From Mobula hypostoma (taxonomy: Eukaryota), in assembly GCF_963921235.1 (NCBI RefSeq), contig NC_086097.1, positions 190,404,001-190,468,000 of the forward strand: a stretch of DNA of 64,000 nt. The letters run 5' to 3'. The position numbers were made by a program, and so were the translations under genes. Of the stretch, positions 24,219 through 35,193 are shown one piece after another (the stretch's first letter is position 1; each line of letters begins with the position of its first letter). The notes under the pieces were generated by a model. That model was given only the letters and a program-made list of their open reading frames with translations, had not been told where the DNA came from and searched no databases.

Positions 24219-27200
24219 GGGTGCCCAGAGAACCCAGGTGGGAAGGGGCACTACCCAGTGATAACAAGGGAGGCAGAGGAGGAACCCATTGTTCAGGTTG
24301 TGCTAGAAGGGCAGCTGACACCAATGATGATAGATACTGGAGCCACGTATACTTGCGTACAGCCGCAGTATGCCCCTCACCTTCCCAGGTCAGGAAAATA
24401 TATTAAGACTGTAGGGTTCTCGGGAAAAACACAGTTGACACAATGTATAGCTCCAGTGAGATTAAGGATGGGCAGCAAAGGAATAGTTTTGCCGATATTA
24501 GTGTCCAAAGGAACTCTGGTGAATTTGCTAGGCAGAGATGCCCTATTAAAACTAGAATTAAAATTAGAATGTACCAGAAGTGGATTGAGTGTGGAAAGAG
24601 TAAACGTTCAATTACTAGTGCGGGAAGTCAAGAAAGCTAATGTTTTTTGGGTAGGAGACATACAAGATCAGATCTGGGAAACCTGGGAAAAATGGAAACA
24701 GGGCGTGCAGGCTATATTGCCCCAGGCTGTAGCGCCCAAATCCAAATTACATTGCACAGTGATTTTTGACGAAACTCAGAACAAAGGGCTAGAGGAGAGA
24801 TGGCACAAGGAGGCAGGCAACCAGCAGCACCTAAGAGGAGAAGCTATAATAATTGGGAGACAAGGGGAAGCCCTGCAAGTCAGGTGGAATACCTTCTTGG
24901 AGAAATGGTACAGGATACTGGAAACTAAGCCCCACATAACGCTGCTGGTAAATGAGAGACATCAGTCTAAAGACCTGGGACCCTTAGTAAAGCACGCTGG
25001 AACCGTAGCAGTGTGGAGGAAAATTATGCCACAGGTGTGGGTATCGGGAGACAATGACTACTTTAAAATAGAGTTAGATATAGATATGGTAGGAACAGCA
25101 AAGGAGGTCGAAGTAACTCCCCAACCACACCTGACGTTATTGGGTAAGGAGGAAGGCCAGCAGAGAGATAACAAGCTGGATAGGTTATAATCTATTCTGT
25201 GGTCACAACATGACACGGGTGTAGGGAAAATAAGAACAGCCAGTCCGGTAGAAATAAAGCTGAAAAAGGGAGCAGTTCCACCCAGGAGACCACAATATCC
25301 TTTGAAACCAGAGGCAGAAGAGGGAATAGCACCAACGATACAGGGGCTACTGGAGGCAGGAGTACTCAAAAGGACAGACAGCCCATGTAATACCCCACTG
25401 TTACCTGTCCTTAAAGCAGATAAGTCTAAATGGAGACTGGTGCATGACTTGTGAGCGGTGAATGAGGTAGTGGAGGACTGGCCAGCGGTAGTTCCCAACC
25501 CACACACACTCTTGACTAATGTTCCACCAGAGGCAGACTAGTTTTCAGTGATTGATTTGTGTTCGGCTTTTTTCAGCGTTCCCCTGGCAGATCAGTGTCA
25601 GTACCTATTTGCATTTACATACAGAAACAACCAGTATACCTACACTAGAATGCCTCAAGGATTTAAACATTCACCACACGTATTTAATCAAGTGTTAAAG
25701 GCGGACCTAGAGGGCATATCGTTGGAAAGTACATTGATACAGTATGTGGATGATTTGTTGATTTGCTCTGAAAGTGAGGGACAGTGTGAACAGGATACCA
25801 TAACCCTTTTAGAGAGACTGGCGCGTGGAGGGCATAAGGTGTCTAGAAAGAAGCTGCAATTTTGCAAGCAACAGGTAGAATACCTAGGTAGAGTAATATC
25901 CAAGGGAGCGAGGACGATAGTGCCAGATCAAATTGAGGCTATAACTAAAGCTCCCAAGCCCCAGACAGTGAGACAGATGATGACGTTTCTGGGACTGACA
26001 GGATATAGTTCAGATTGGATTGGAGAATATGCTGAAATTGTAACGCCACTAAGGAAAATAATGAAGGAAGCAGGACATACAAGCTTGAAGAGTAATCTAC
26101 AGTGGAATGAGGAGGCGGAAGTGGCTTTCAATACTATAAAGCAGGAATTGCAGTCAGCCCCAGCATTAGCTTTGCCTGACTACGAGAAGGCCTTTCATCT
26201 GTACGTATCCAACCGACAGGAAGGTTATGCCACGGCAGTTCTAACGCAGGAGACTGGCACAGGTAAAACAAAGCAACCGATAGTGTACTACAGTGCGAAA
26301 CTGGATGAGGTGGCTCAGGGGTACCCACCTTGCTACCAGGGATTGGTGGCACTATACTATGCATATGAATAGGCAACATCCATAACCATGGGCTATCCTG
26401 TGATTCTGTACACACACAAGGTAGCAGAATTACTGGAAAGAGGGAAATTCGTGTTGACACCAGCCAGGATAGCAGCATATCAGATGCTACTGACATTTCC
26501 AGACATAACTATACAGAGATGCACCACCAGTAACATAGCTGACTATGTCCCTTTAGGGTATGAAGGAGAACCCCATGATTGTGTAGGGAAAACAATGACA
26601 TTCACTAAATTAAGGGCAGATTTACGATCAGAACCATTAGAGGACGGAGATAAAAAAGTCCTGTTCGTAGATGGCTCTTGTTACAGAGATCACGATGGGA
26701 ACCACGCAGGTTCTCAGTAGTGCAACAGGATCAGGCAGACTTCAAGGTTATCAGAATAGAGTCATGTCCCCAACTGTGCTCCGCCCAGCTAGCGGAAATC
26801 AGAGCTTTGACGGCAGCGTGTGAAATGATGGAAGGAGAGAAAGTAGATATCTATAGAGATTCAGCATATGCTCATGGAGTGTGTCATTTGTTTGGGGTAG
26901 TGTGGAAACAGAGAGGTTTTAAAAAGAGCAATGGAGATCCCATACAGCACTGTCAGCAGATTTTAGATCTAATAAAAGCGCTGATGAAACCTAAAGCACT
27001 GGCTATAGTAAAATGCCAGGCACATAAAAAAGGAAACGATGCAGTAACAAAGGGAAATCAAGCTGCAGATGAAGCAGCCAGGAAAGCGTCTGGGTGTACA
27101 TCCGCTGTTATTGCACCTCAGGTAAATCTAGAGCCGGAACCTATGGTAGAGGACCTAATTGAAATACAGGGAAAGGCAACTTTGGCAGAGCAAACACTGT

Positions 27201-28570
27201 GGAGACAAAGGGGGGCCAAGCAGGACTCAGAAGGCCTATGGACCACAGAAGATGGCCTACTGGTAGCTCCCACCCCTTTACTGACTATCCTGATCTCAGA
27301 AGCACATGGGATGGATCGTTGTGCAAGGGGGGAAGTAATAAGGAAAATAAAAAAGGATGGATTTTGGTCGCCTTATTTACAGGCTTCAGTAGACCATGTG
27401 TTGTCACAGTGCGAGGTATGCGCGCAGAATAATGTTCGGAAAGGAATTACAACCCCAGTAGGTCATATACCCGTACCTGAAGGGCCATTTAAACACCTAG
27501 TGATTGACTATGTAGACATGATAAAAGCAGTAAGAGGGAAAAGATAAATGTTGGTGGTAATCGACAGATTCAGCAGATGGGTAGAGGCAGTACCCTCGAA
27601 AGATCAAGGGGCAGGAACAGTGGTGAAATTCCTGACAAACGAAGTGATCCCAAGGTTTGGGATACCGACAGAAATTAGCTCAGACAATGGTTCAGCTTTC
27701 ATCCAAAAAATTGTCAAGTTAATACTGCAAGCACTGAGAATAGAGCAGAGATTTGGATGTGTGTATCACCCTCAGTCGCAGGGTATGGTGGAAAGAATTA
27801 ACGGGATCTTAAAAGCCAAACTAAACAAAATCTGTGCAGATACTAAACTCAACTGGGTCGATGCTCTACCGTTAGCATTAATGAGTTACCGCATGCAGAC
27901 TAATCGGATGACGTGTCTAACACCGCATGAAATGCTAACCGGAAGGCCCATGCCAGTACCCCAGTGGAGAGGACCATATAAAGGGCCTAGTTTGAAACAA
28001 CTGGAATTGGAATTAAAACAATACATGCGGCAATTTACTATGATAAATAAGTCTATTTATGCACAAGCAAAACAGAAAGAGCCTGAGATCGATCAAGGGG
28101 AAGTACCAATCCAGCCAGGCGATCAGGTCTACGTGCGAGCGTTTCGAAGAAAGTGGAACGAACCCAGAAGGGAAGGGCCCTTTACAGTAACCAAAGCATC
28201 ACCCACCGCAGTTCAAGTGGAAGGACACTCCACCTGGTATCATCTCAGTCACTGCACTAGAGCAATCCCCCAGGTACAGTCAGGTGGGCCACCCGAGGTA
28301 AGTGGTGAAGAGGAACAAACAGTAGGGGACAGACAAGAGGAACAAGAAGCTGACACTGAACCGCAGGAACTTGACCAAGCAATAAGGGAAATTTTTGGTC
28401 CTGAGGACGGGCCTGAAGACCCTAAGGTTGAGGTTATGGATGATAATACTCTTTCAGATAATGGGGACGACTTGGGGGCGACCAGTCTTGCCCCCCGGGA
28501 TGATACACTCAGATACTCTTGTGCAGATTTGGAGACCATTAATTTGGCAGATGTGGCATGGGACTGTTAG
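24219..28570 (+). pseudogene. pol: ERV Pro-Pol: protease, 2H-like domain, RT, tether, RNase H, integrase
   Basis: In frame with gag. DTGA at 24333, LLGRD; YVDD at 25743; RNase H FVDGS, AQLAE, DSAY, GNQAAD; integrase IDY, SDNG, VERING. Stops at 25188, 25452, 25539, 26370 and 27545; frameshift near 26712. Confidence 0.97.
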
Positions 28571-30014
28571 GATCCCACAAAACCTGAGAGAAAGGAGTAA
28601 GAGGAGCACAACGGTTACCTCCGTACCATGGTACCAGAACATGTGGTACCAATTGGCAAATTATACAGCAGGGATGATGAAGAGACAGAATTGTTATCTA
28701 TGCTCAAGGGCAAGTCCAGTGCAACACGTAGCCCCCATGCCTTATAACTCCTCCACCTGCACGCAATGGCGAAAGGAGCGGAGGGGGCAGTGTGCGCGGC
28801 AGTGTCCAAGTGTAGTCAAGACCTGCAGTATGGGAATTTGTAGCGGGATGGATCCTTGTTATCAGAAATGTATTGATAACACACCAATGTGCCCTTATTG
28901 GTGTATGTTATACCAGGCTTCCTCGCAGTTTGATCAAAACAAGCTTGCCTCTAACTGTAATTACAGCAGACCGTGGGCTATAAATAAAAGAAGCCAGGCA
29001 CCCACATTGGGAAAGCTCAAAGTGCAGGAACATTTGAGTTATGAATGTTTCGCGTGGACGGGTGACCTCTCAGTTGGGCATTTCAGCGGCAACTGTGTTA
29101 AGATTTGGGATGTAACCCCAGGCCGAGGATACCAGACAGGCACCCCTCTGCCCGAGGATGCACTGAACTCCCAGACCATCCCGTTAGCAGATACCTGGCG
29201 GTTGTGTGGACAGAAGGAGGGTCTGAGATCCACGCTTCCCCTTAATTGGGCGGGTACATGTACGCGTGTTATGCTGATTCAAGAAGTTGTAGTAAACCCT
29301 GAAATACAGTTTGACACCTCGAGGCAACAGACACTAGAACGGAGGAGGAGAAAGTATGAGCCTGACTTGACGATTCGGATCGACAGTATAGGACAGCCGA
29401 AGGGTATACCTAACGGGTTTAAGGCAAGAAATGAGATTGCTGCGGGCTGGGAAGCACTTATACCTGTAATAGGGATTAGCAAAAATGTTGAATGGATGAA
29501 TTATATATATTATAATTAACAGAGGTTCATTAACTACACCGATGATGCACTAGAGGCTTTGGGACAGCAGCTAGATGCAACCAGTAGAGTGGCGTGGCAA
29601 AATAGACAGGTACTAAACTGGCTATTGGCAGAGAAAGGAGGAGTTTGTGTAATGTTTGGAGAACAATGCTGTACTTTTATACCGAATAACACTAGTCCGG
29701 AGGGATTGTTTACCAGAGCAATGAATAAACTGAAAAATCGAAGAAAGGAAGTTAAACAAAATGCAGGGTTTGGACACCAGTTCTTTGACTGGTTAAATAG
29801 TAAACTAGGAGGATGGGGAGCATGGCTGACCAAGATTGCAGTAACCATTGGTATTGTATTGCTAAGCTGTGCGGTCATTCTGTGCTGTTTTCTTCCATGC
29901 CTCAAGTCGCTTGTAGTGCGAGCTGCAATGAAATGGTTTCCGATGCTCCTGAAAATTGTTGGGTCGAGCCCTATGGAAAAGGAGGCACCGATGATGTATT
30001 CGTACAGTCTATGA
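28440..30014 (+). pseudogene. env: ERV Env, gamma-type SU-TM, one in-frame stop at 29517
   Basis: Hydrophobic N-terminus, CYLC (28692), RRRR furin site (29340), IDSIGQPKGIP...ARNEIAAGWE, ISD QNRQVLNWLLAEKGGVC, CX6CC (29646-29672), TM helix ~29835-29903; start codon uncertain. Confidence 0.95.
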
Positions 30015-30289
30015 GAAACGCAAGACGAACAGGAGAGAGATGAAATATGTGGGGATTAGGCTGTGAAGGTTCCTGAGTCTTTTTCCCTGTCTCAGATACG
30101 AAGGGACGGGTTTTTGGCTCAGCGGCCTAGGGAGGTAGGGAGAGAACACTTTGAGTCTTAAGCGCAGGAAACTATAGTTTAACCCAAATTTGGGAGTAAA
30201 TGCGTGGCTTTATTTGAGCTTTTGTGCATAGACTCTCAGTCCTCTCTCTCTCTCTGTATGAGACCCTGTGGGTCTCAAAGGGACGATTA

Positions 30290-32419
30290 TATTGGAAAAT
30301 GTAAACGCATACATTGTATTTTCTATATTTACTATATACGTATTACAGTTAGTATTCCAGTATTTACTCGAATGCACACATTATATTTTCTATATTTACT
30401 ATGTAACCACTGCTAGCTGAATAGAGGGTATTCACTATGTAGCCATGACTTTTGACCTAATCACTATTAATTCATGAAGAGAACTAGAATGAAACCAAGT
30501 AGAAAGATAACGGTGGCGAGTAAGGTAATGAAATATGTGGTAGTATGTCACAACAAGACTAATTAAGAAATAACTGTGGTTAGGGATGAGGAGACACTTG
30601 ATCTAAAATGTAAACTAGGACATAATTAAATTGGTGAGTAAAACAATAGTGGAAAGTCGAGAACAGATATATTGATGATATGTAATCACAGGCCGACTGG
30701 ATATGATAGAAACATAGAAACATAGAAAATAGGTGCAGGAGTAGGCCATTCGGCCCTTCGAGCCTGCACCGCTATTTATAATGATCATGGCTGATCATCC
30801 AACTCAGAACCCTGCACCAGCCTTCCCTCCATACCCCCTGATCCCCGTAGCCACAAGGGCCATATCTAACTCCCTCTTAAATATAGCCAATGAACTGGCC
30901 TCAACTGTTTCCTGTGGCAGAGAATTCCACAGATTCACCACTCTCTGTGTGAAGAAGTTTTTCCTAATCTCGGTCCTAAAAGGCTTCCCCTTTATCCTCA
31001 AACTGTGACCCCTCGTTCGGGACTTCCCCAACATCGGAAACAATCTTCCTGCATCTAGCCTGTCCAATCCCTTTAGGATTTTATACATTTCAATCAGATT
31101 CCCCCTCAATCTTCTAAATTCCAACGAGTACAAGCCCAGTTCATCCAGTCTTTCTTCATATGAAAGTCCTGCCATCCCAGGAATCAATCTGGTGAACCTT
31201 CTTTGTACTCCCTCTATGGCAAGGATGTCTTTCATCAGATTAGGGGACCAAAACTGCACACAATACTCCAGGTGTGGTCTCACCAAGGCCTTGTACAACT
31301 GCAGCAATACCTCCCTGCTCCTGTACTCGAATCCTCTCGCTATAAATGCCGGAATACCATTCACCTTTTTCACCGCCTGCTGTACCAGCATGCCCACTTT
31401 CAATGACTGGTGTATAATGACACCCAGGTCTCGTTGCACCTCCCCTTTTCCTAATCGGCCACCATTCAGATAATAATCTGTTTTCCTATTTTTGCCACCA
31501 AAGTGGATAACTTCACATTTATCCACATTAAATTGCATCTGCCATGAATTTGCCCACTCACCCAACCTATCCAAGTCACCCTGCATCCTCCTCACAGCTA
31601 ACACTGCCGCCCAGCTTCGTGTCATCCGCAAACTTGGAGATGCTGCATTTAATTCCCTCATCCAAGTCATTAATATATATTGTAAACAACTGGGGTCCCA
31701 GCACTGAGCCTTGCGGTACCCCACTAGTCACTGCCTGCCATTCTGAAAAGGTCCCATTTATTCCCACTCTTTGCTTCCTGTCTGCTAACCAATTCTCTAT
31801 CCACATCAATACCTTACCCCCAATACCATGTGCTTTAAGTTTGCACACTAATCTACTGTGTGGGATCTTGTCAAAAGCCTTTTGAAAATCCAAATATACC
31901 ACATCCACTGGTTCTCCCCTATCCACTCTACTAGTTACATTCTCAAAAAATTCTATGAGATTCGTCAGACATGATTTTCCTTTCACAAATCCATGCTGAC
32001 TTTGTCCACTAATTTCACCGCTTTCCAAATGTGCTGTTTATCACATCTTTGATAACTGACTCCAGCAGTTTCCCCACCTCCGACGTTAGGCTAGCTGGTC
32101 TATAATTCCCCGGTTTCTCTCTCTCTCCTTTTTTAAAAAGTGGGGTTACATTAGCCACCCTCCAATCCTCAGAAACTAGTCCAGAATCTAACGAGTTTTG
32201 AAATTATCACTAATGCATCCACTATTTCTTGGGCTACTTCCTATGATAATGTAGCTAAGATAGGAAATTGCTATAAAAAAAACTGTATACAAGCCTCAGG
32301 GGGCAGTCAGCGACTAGCTTTCTGATTGTCTCAGCTTTGATTTGCAAATTAAAGTTTAAAACTTCTTGAAGGATTTTCTGCGTCTCCTTGTCGTATGTGA
32401 GAAACAAGAAACCACGACA
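30290..32419 (+). repeat. ERV 3' LTR (590 bp) interrupted by a CR1
   Basis: 30290-30708 and 32249-32419 align end to end with the 5' LTR; preceded by the purine tract aaagggacga. Confidence 0.96.
30709..32241 (-). mobile_element. 5'-truncated CR1 inserted in the ERV 3' LTR
   Basis: Near-identical to ~5570-7110 in reverse; (tttctatg)n tail; TSD TATGATA at 30702-30708 and 32242-32248. Confidence 0.97.
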
Positions 32420-34639
32420 ATAACTCTTGCAAAAGGGCAATGAGTTCATGCAAAAAGGTGCTCTCTCTCTCTAAAGGAATTTAAGGTCACTTGATTTAAA
32501 CTGTTTATTTTCGGCATCGGGAATCCTGTGGACAGAACCAGCAGTAAAAGTGCGTCTGTGAAGAAATCCTTCTCCAGAGAAGTCGCTCCCAATTGAATGT
32601 GTAAAACTGTTGGTCTTTCGAAGTTATCACTTTAAGAACTATTTCTGACTGTATCGCTTTAAGAACTGTTTTCACATTTAATGCTTTAAGAACCAGAGCC
32701 GAGTGGAGTTGGTGAACAGCTGTGTACCTGTTAACCTCCGGTTAACATTTTCCTTTGTTTTTTTTCTTATCGTTTATACGTGTTTAATAAATGTTTGGTT
32801 GTTTTTATATAACCTATCTCGATTAATATTCATTGTTGCCGGTTACGTAGCACCAGAAAGAGGAAAGAATCAGCTGCCAGGTGACCAAGTCTATTGTAGG
32901 AACCAAATATAATACCTTTAGACTTTCCAATATTTAGTTGGAGGAAAGTACAGCTCATTGAATTGGGATTGTCAGACACTTTGCAGATAGGGGGGTATAC
33001 AGCAAAGAGATGAAACACAGTTGGGTGTTGTGCATGAAGATAGAGATACAAAGGGGCAGTGTTAGATGGAAGACAGGAACGTTATGATAGCTCCTTGTGG
33101 GATATTAGATGTGAGGGAGGAGAAAGCAATCTTTTTCAAGGTGTGGTTGGATATGTAAAAATGGAAAAAGCTGACTAGTTCCAATAAACTAAATGAAGAG
33201 TGTCAAATACTGAGAATGAGAAGAACAGTTCACCTTTGTTATAGTCACACAGAATAATACTTGTGACCTTCATAAGGGCCAATTTGATTCTAAGGCAGGA
33301 GCAGATTTATTGGGGACCGAAGAAAGAGTTCTAGGAATGATCATGGCGAGGTGAGATGATGGCATGTTCAAAAACTCTAAATAAGTCAGTGAATGCTGGA
33401 AATTGAGCAGTAGTTTACAAAGAAGAAGAGACAAGAGCCACTTTTCTGTAGTTGTTGATGATAACAAGTTTCCAATAGAATGGTGGAGCCTGAGGAGGCA
33501 GAATTATTAACAATAAAGATCAGCTAAATTGGAATATCTCTTAACAGGTTTTGGCTGCATTTCCACATTTTTTTTTAAATTTCAGAACATCAAAATCACT
33601 TATTTACTGAGCAAACTCCCATTGCAGGAAAAATGCTGCAATGAAGTGCTTAATCTTCAGGGAACATAATATAAAATCCAGAAGATTACAAAAAGTACTG
33701 CTTTGTCTTTGTTGATGCAGAAAAGTAACAGCAATCCTGAAGTTTACCACTCAGGCTGATTCTACTCATAAAATGTATACTAGATCATTGCAAACATTCA
33801 GCCACAATTACTATCACCTTAATCTTCAAAAGAAATTAAAATGGACTAGAGCTAATGCACAAACTATGATTATGTTCCATTTGAAGAACAGAAAAATTAA
33901 ATATCTCATACAGAATAGGCATTGCACAAGAACAGTTCTTGTTCCACTGCTACAAAGGAGATCTAATAATTATTTTCATATATTTTGTTCACACAATATC
34001 TGGCTTAATAGATTAAGGTCTCATTTGATTTTAGACTAAATCTTAGAAAAAAAATTAAAATGTTACTGTAATGAAAAGCAACTAATTTAAAAATACATAT
34101 ATTGAAGATTAACAGACGACTACCATCTAAAACAAAAATTCATACGCTATGTGTAAGCATTCAGAACATTTCAAGCCCTAGCCTCTTCTTCCCTCATGTG
34201 CACTGACTTATTGAGTACTTCCAACACTTGAAGCATCTAGTTTTATGCCCCATCAATTAGCTCATACATCAAATGATTTCCTGCTGAGCTTTGATGAGAA
34301 TTTTGTACCAGGAAGTACAATAATTATCATACTGCTTTCCAATTCAGCTTTGATGAAGAAAGACTACTGTAGCCTCCCAAAATTCTTCCCAACTGTTGCA
34401 GCATTGCAAATGTAAACAGCAGCTCAGAACAGACAGAATTGTATCAAAGGGGTGGTTTTGTGCAACATAACGGTTTTCTGAAATTAATCTTTTTTTTAAG
34501 CAGAGCAGCAAGTTTAACAGCTTGCTATACACATGCTTTGGAATAAAGTAAAAACAAAATCGAATCGATAGATTAAATGAGCAGGGAAGAAGTTGGCAGA
34601 TCTAGGAAAATGTGAGAAAAATGTGACTCCCACTGAAAA

Positions 34640-35128
34640 CTCTTGGCCCAAAATGTCAACTGTACTCTATTCCATAGATGCTGCCTGGCTTGCTGAGTTC
34701 CTCCAATATTTTGTCTGTGTTGCTTGGATTTCCAACATCTGCAGGTTTCCTCATGTTTGTGATTGGATTATGACACCGCAAAGTCTCTTCCAGGGATGCC
34801 TACTCAGAAGTTGTTTAAATCTTCCCTTCAATGGGATTTCAGTGAAACCCTCACTCACTGCTCCCCCCCTCCCCCGTGACCTCTGCGACCAGATGCTCAC
34901 CCAGACCCGCTACCACAGCCATGTACCCTTCCTGTCACCAATCAACTTCCCAGCTCTTTACTTCACCCATCACCTTGTGTTTCTCCCTCTCCTCCCCCGA
35001 CCTTTTAAATCTACTCAACTTTTTTTTCCCCAGTCCTGCTGAAGGGTCTTGGCCCAAAACATCGACTGTATGCTTTTCTATAGATGCTGCTTAGCCTGCT
35101 GATTTCCTCCAGCATTTTGTGTGTGTTA
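34640..35128 (+). mobile_element. Two tandem Penelope-derived terminal fragments
   Basis: tcttggcccaaaa...gatgctgc...gctga.ttcctcca.cattttgt occurs at ~34641-34760 and ~35031-35128, with a CT-rich tract between. Confidence 0.72.
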
Positions 35129-35193
35129 TAAGGTTATCCATGTTGGTAGTAAGAATGAAGAGGTAAATTTTTATTTACTGCAGAATGTTGCAA

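Larger units (their letters stand above)
20757..32419 (+). mobile_element. Full-length defective endogenous retrovirus, class I (epsilon-like)
   Basis: Paired LTRs, TSD ATAA (20753-20756 and 32420-32423), PBS, gag-UAG-pro-pol, env with CXXC, ISD and CX6CC, and a purine tract before the 3' LTR. Confidence 0.98.
20315..32852 (+). mobile_element. Solo LTR (~870 bp, probably Gypsy-type) split by the ERV; halves 20315-20756 and 32424-32852
   Basis: TGTTACAT...ACGTAGCA inverted ends; exact 4-bp TSD CCAG at 20311-20314 and 32853-32856; AATAAA at 32786; ends resemble the solo LTR at 41501-42347. Confidence 0.88.

Noticed and set aside
22553..26496. Antisense ORFs over gag and pol
   Set aside because: These are shadow frames of purine-rich coding sequence; the products are S/L/F-rich with no motifs.
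30015..30289. Retroviral cyclin or other accessory ORF between env and the 3' LTR
   Set aside because: Only ~275 nt are available and there is no substantial ATG-initiated ORF.
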